Below are positions 60,797 through 64,000 of a DNA stretch of 64,000 nt, in pieces; position 1 is the stretch's first letter, and the number at the start of each line of letters is the position of its first letter. A program made the position numbers and the translations under genes. The notes below the pieces were generated by a model that was not told the origin of the DNA, did no database searches, and saw nothing but the letters and a program-made list of their open reading frames with translations. Location of the stretch: NCBI GenBank assembly GCA_958009085.1, contig OY253685.1:248001-312000 (forward strand), read 5' to 3'. This DNA is from Protoeuglena noctilucae (Eukaryota).

Positions 60797-63700
60797 TGGC
60801 GACCGCTGCAGTCGCGGAGGGCCTTGCAGCGGGCTCCGATGGCAAGGCCGACACGCCGGCGTCTCCGCTGCCGATGCTGATCCCCGGCTCGGTTGCTCCA
60901 GCGACGTGGCGCGAGGTGGAGGGACAGGCGCCCCCGCGGCGCACCACGGGAGTTCCATTGGTCGGCCCCATTCGCGTCCGCACGTCTTCGCTGCCAACGG
61001 AAGCTCGCACGGGTGCAAAAACGCGACCTCTTTACTCCCACAGGCGAGCGGGAACGGAAAGCGTGTCGAAAAGAAGCCGTGTAGCTCATTCCAATGGCTG
61101 CCTCTCACGCATGCGCACCCACACACTCGCAGGGCTCTGGCCCACGCCGACAAGGACAAGTTCGTTCTGCCAGAGACGCGAAGCTTCCTGGACATTCAGG
61201 GCCAGCCCCCTCACCGTGTGGCCATGCGGCACGCCCGCTCGCCCGCCCGGCCGGGGACCATGGCGTGGTTTGGCCTCCTGGGTGCGACCATGCCCGCACC
61301 GGAGGGGCACGCGCGCACAGACTCCGCAGGCAAGGGCTTACGCATCATGGCTCAGCAACCACTGCGCAGGGCATGTCGCAGTGTCTTTGGGAACAGCCAG
61401 CTCCCCAACCTCGCCTCACTGCGCCTCTCCTGGTCTCGTCCCCCGCAGCTGCAGCCCCGGCGCCCTCCCCTCCCAAGAAGCTGATCACCCGCCGCGTGTA
61501 CCACATGCCCTCCGAGAACCCCATGGTGCTTGTCATGGGGTACGAGTCGAAGGACTACGGACCTAAGGTCGACGCTGGGAGGCCCGCCAGTCCCCCGCGA
61601 GTGGGGGAGGTGCGCCCGGCCCGGACGCGGTCGGCCGCGGCGGTGATGACCCAGCCGCACGTGGCGCGCGACTCGGCAGCATATGAGCAGATGATTAAGA
61701 GGGCCTACGAGGCGCCGAAGAGCGGGGGAGGAGCCCCCACGCCCTTCATGCACCGCATCCTCGACCGCATGGCGCACCCGGGACTGGCGTTCCAGGTGGG
61801 CAAGGTGGAGCTGTCAGGTTTCCACCCTGTGCCGCACATCATCATAAGAGTCCTCGCGACCTCTCTCGCCACCTCTCTGGAGTCCCTGCCGCCCGCAGAT
61901 CTCCAAGCGCAGTGGGCGTCGCTTCAAGTACACGACTGACGTGGACGAGTACGCGACGCAGCACCGCGCCCACGTGCCCCTGCGCCCCGCACAGCCGGTC
62001 GCAGTGGCGGAAGAGGAGGGCACCCCCGACTGGGCCAGCGCCAACACCGACCCATTCCGCGTGTCGCTGACACGGCACTTCCTCACGGGCGGCAACGAGC
62101 GGCCGAGTTCGCCCTCATCTTACGCGCGATGGGACGGGAGCGGGGCGCTGGGGCAGGGAGAGGCGAGCGCGGAGCGGCCGGCTTCCCCACTGCTCCCGGC
62201 CGCCTTCCTGGGTGGTGACGGGGCAGAGGACGCGCCCACGACCTCGTTGCCTGACCCTGGATCAGAGACAGCCACGGGGTGGGCAGCGACGGGGCGTGAG
62301 GCACCGGCAGCTGCGGGGGCGACGGCGGGACTGGGGGTGGACGTGAGGGGGGCGTCGGCGTGGCGTTGGGGCGCGCAGGGGGCGGGGAGGAAGGAGGGCG
62401 AGGGCGCGGGAGATGGCGACGTGGTTGGGGCCGAGGTGCAGCTGGTGGAGGAGATGCGATTGGAGGACCCCAAGGTCCGCGACGAGGGGCTGAGGAGGGC
62501 GCGGTCGCAGGCGAGTGGAAAGGGAGGGTTTGACTCCTGGTTGGAGAATGACAGGGGAAGTGTAGCTGGCGGTACTGCGTTATGTCACGTGGTGAGCCTG
62601 CTGTTTCTTGTGGTCCAACACCCCCTGCCGAGCACCTGTCAACAATGATGAGAGGGCCACTCAACCCGCACATGCTTTCCGGTCCTCCGCAGACCTTCAT
62701 CATGACGCCCCCGGCGTCCCCCGGCTTCCTCCGCCTCTCCGCCCAGCAACTCAACTACGTGGCCCAGGCCGATCCCGCCGACGCGTCGCCAGAGCGCGTG
62801 CCAGAAATGCAGGGGGACCTCTACCCCGGGACAGGCGCCCTGGACCCCGCCCGGCTGCTCCCCGACTCGGCGCAAGGCTCGCGCGCCTCGCCGACGGGGG
62901 TGATTAGCAGAGGACACCCCACCGCCTGGCGACGCCCGATGTCAGCATCCAGCCTCAGCCCCACCCGCCACGCCTGGCCGGCGTCGGCCCCCGTCCGCAG
63001 CCGCGTCCCCGCTCCGTCCCGCCCCTTACCCGACGTGACCCTGGGCGCCGTCGACGGGGCCGCCAGTCTGACGGACGTGGCGGTGCCAGAGAGCGCCAGT
63101 CCCATGGGCAGCGATGCGGACGCCGCTGACACGCGCACACCCGACAGCCAGGGACAAGAGATGGACGGTTTCGGTGACGTGGCTGGGCCCATGGCTGCCC
63201 AGTCACGGCCGCAGTCGTCCGGCGGCCCACGGTCACGGGCAAGGGCCCTGCAGTCGCAGTGGGACCGGGGGACTGCCTCGCCGAGCGCCGTGGAGTCGCT
63301 GCAAGGGGAGGGGATGGGCGGTACGGAGGGAGTGGGTGTGGTGGGAGGAGCGGTGGGGCGCGGTGGGGGGGCGTCCCGACTCAGGCGCCCCTGGTCTGCG
63401 GCGGCAGTGGTGGACCGGGAGAGGAGTCGGGAGAGCGCAGACCACAAAGATGCAGCGGGGGGTAACGGTGAGGGGCGTGGCAGGACGACCGAGTGCTTTC
63501 CTTGCTGACTCCGCCCAATCTCTTCCCTCTGTCATTCCCATCCATCTGCGCCGCCCCCGCAGTCGCCGCAAGCGCCTTCCGGCCCCGTTCAGCCCAGCGC
63601 CCCGCCCCAGCAAAGACCTCCGGCGATGCATCCCCGTCCGCTCTGTCCAGGCACCCGTCCTGGCCCCATCGAGCCCCACACCGCGCGAGCCAGGCAGGGG

Positions 63701-63821
63701 CCACCACCTCACCACCTCGGGCCAGAAGCCCCCCGGCGTTCGGACTCGCATCGGCGCTGTCACCGAAGGAGAGACCTGGCAGCGGGGGCATCCAACGGGG
63801 GATCGAGACGGAAAGGATTGA
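60797..63821 (+). CDS. Hypothetical large low-complexity spliced protein
   Basis: Chain of long + strand ORFs joinable by GT-AG introns (e.g. AFQ|ISKRSGRRFKY); no recognisable domain; both ends uncertain. Confidence 0.4.
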
Positions 63822-64000
63822 GGGGCGCGGTCCGATGCGAGTGTCGGCGGCGAGCGTGCTGGAGGGCGAGGGGGCGCGGGTGGGGGACGCAGGGGGCCCC
63901 GTGGAGGGTGGAGTGAGGACGGGGGTGACAGCAGAGCGAGAGATGGGGCAGCCTGATCGGGGCTCGCCGGGCCGTGGAGTGGGCCGGCAGGAGGGGGGCT

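Noticed and set aside
61937..61939. In-frame TGA as selenocysteine or read-through
   Set aside because: A GT-AG intron upstream shifts the frame (AFQ|ISKRSGRRFKYTTDVDEY), so this TGA is out of frame.
1..64000. CRISPR array, prokaryotic operon or defence system
   Set aside because: The sequence is spliceosomal-intron-rich eukaryotic DNA, with no regularly spaced repeat-spacer array, cas gene or transposase seen.

Overview
A GC-rich, gene-dense, intron-rich eukaryotic nuclear window. Plastid-targeted TGD2, NAGK, cpIscA and OHP2 point to a green alga (inference). It uses the standard genetic code. I assembled about 23 spliced protein genes by hand: GlyRS, TBL1/HOS15, RPL12, NOP53, IMP4, TGD2, a kinase-like protein, AIM24-like, eEF2, NAGK, EMSY-like, POP1, cpIscA, a dehydrogenase-kinase-aldolase fusion, GEN1, Fpg, WDR44-like, OHP2, NELF-C/D and four unknowns. 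Most entries in the ORF track are exon fragments or GC-rich shadow ORFs. Four signals stand out. (1) Two ~780-bp direct repeats 5052 bp apart each carry an intact 5S rRNA gene plus an identical multi-hairpin element ending in a second TTTT, and they bracket exactly one gene, the Holliday-junction resolvase GEN1. (2) GC-AG introns are unusually common: 16 AG|GCRAG donors. (3) The alga has a NELF-C/D pausing-factor gene. (4) A perfect 321-bp exon+intron tandem duplication could be cancelled by exon skipping. Gene spans are manual start-to-stop estimates; no database search was run.
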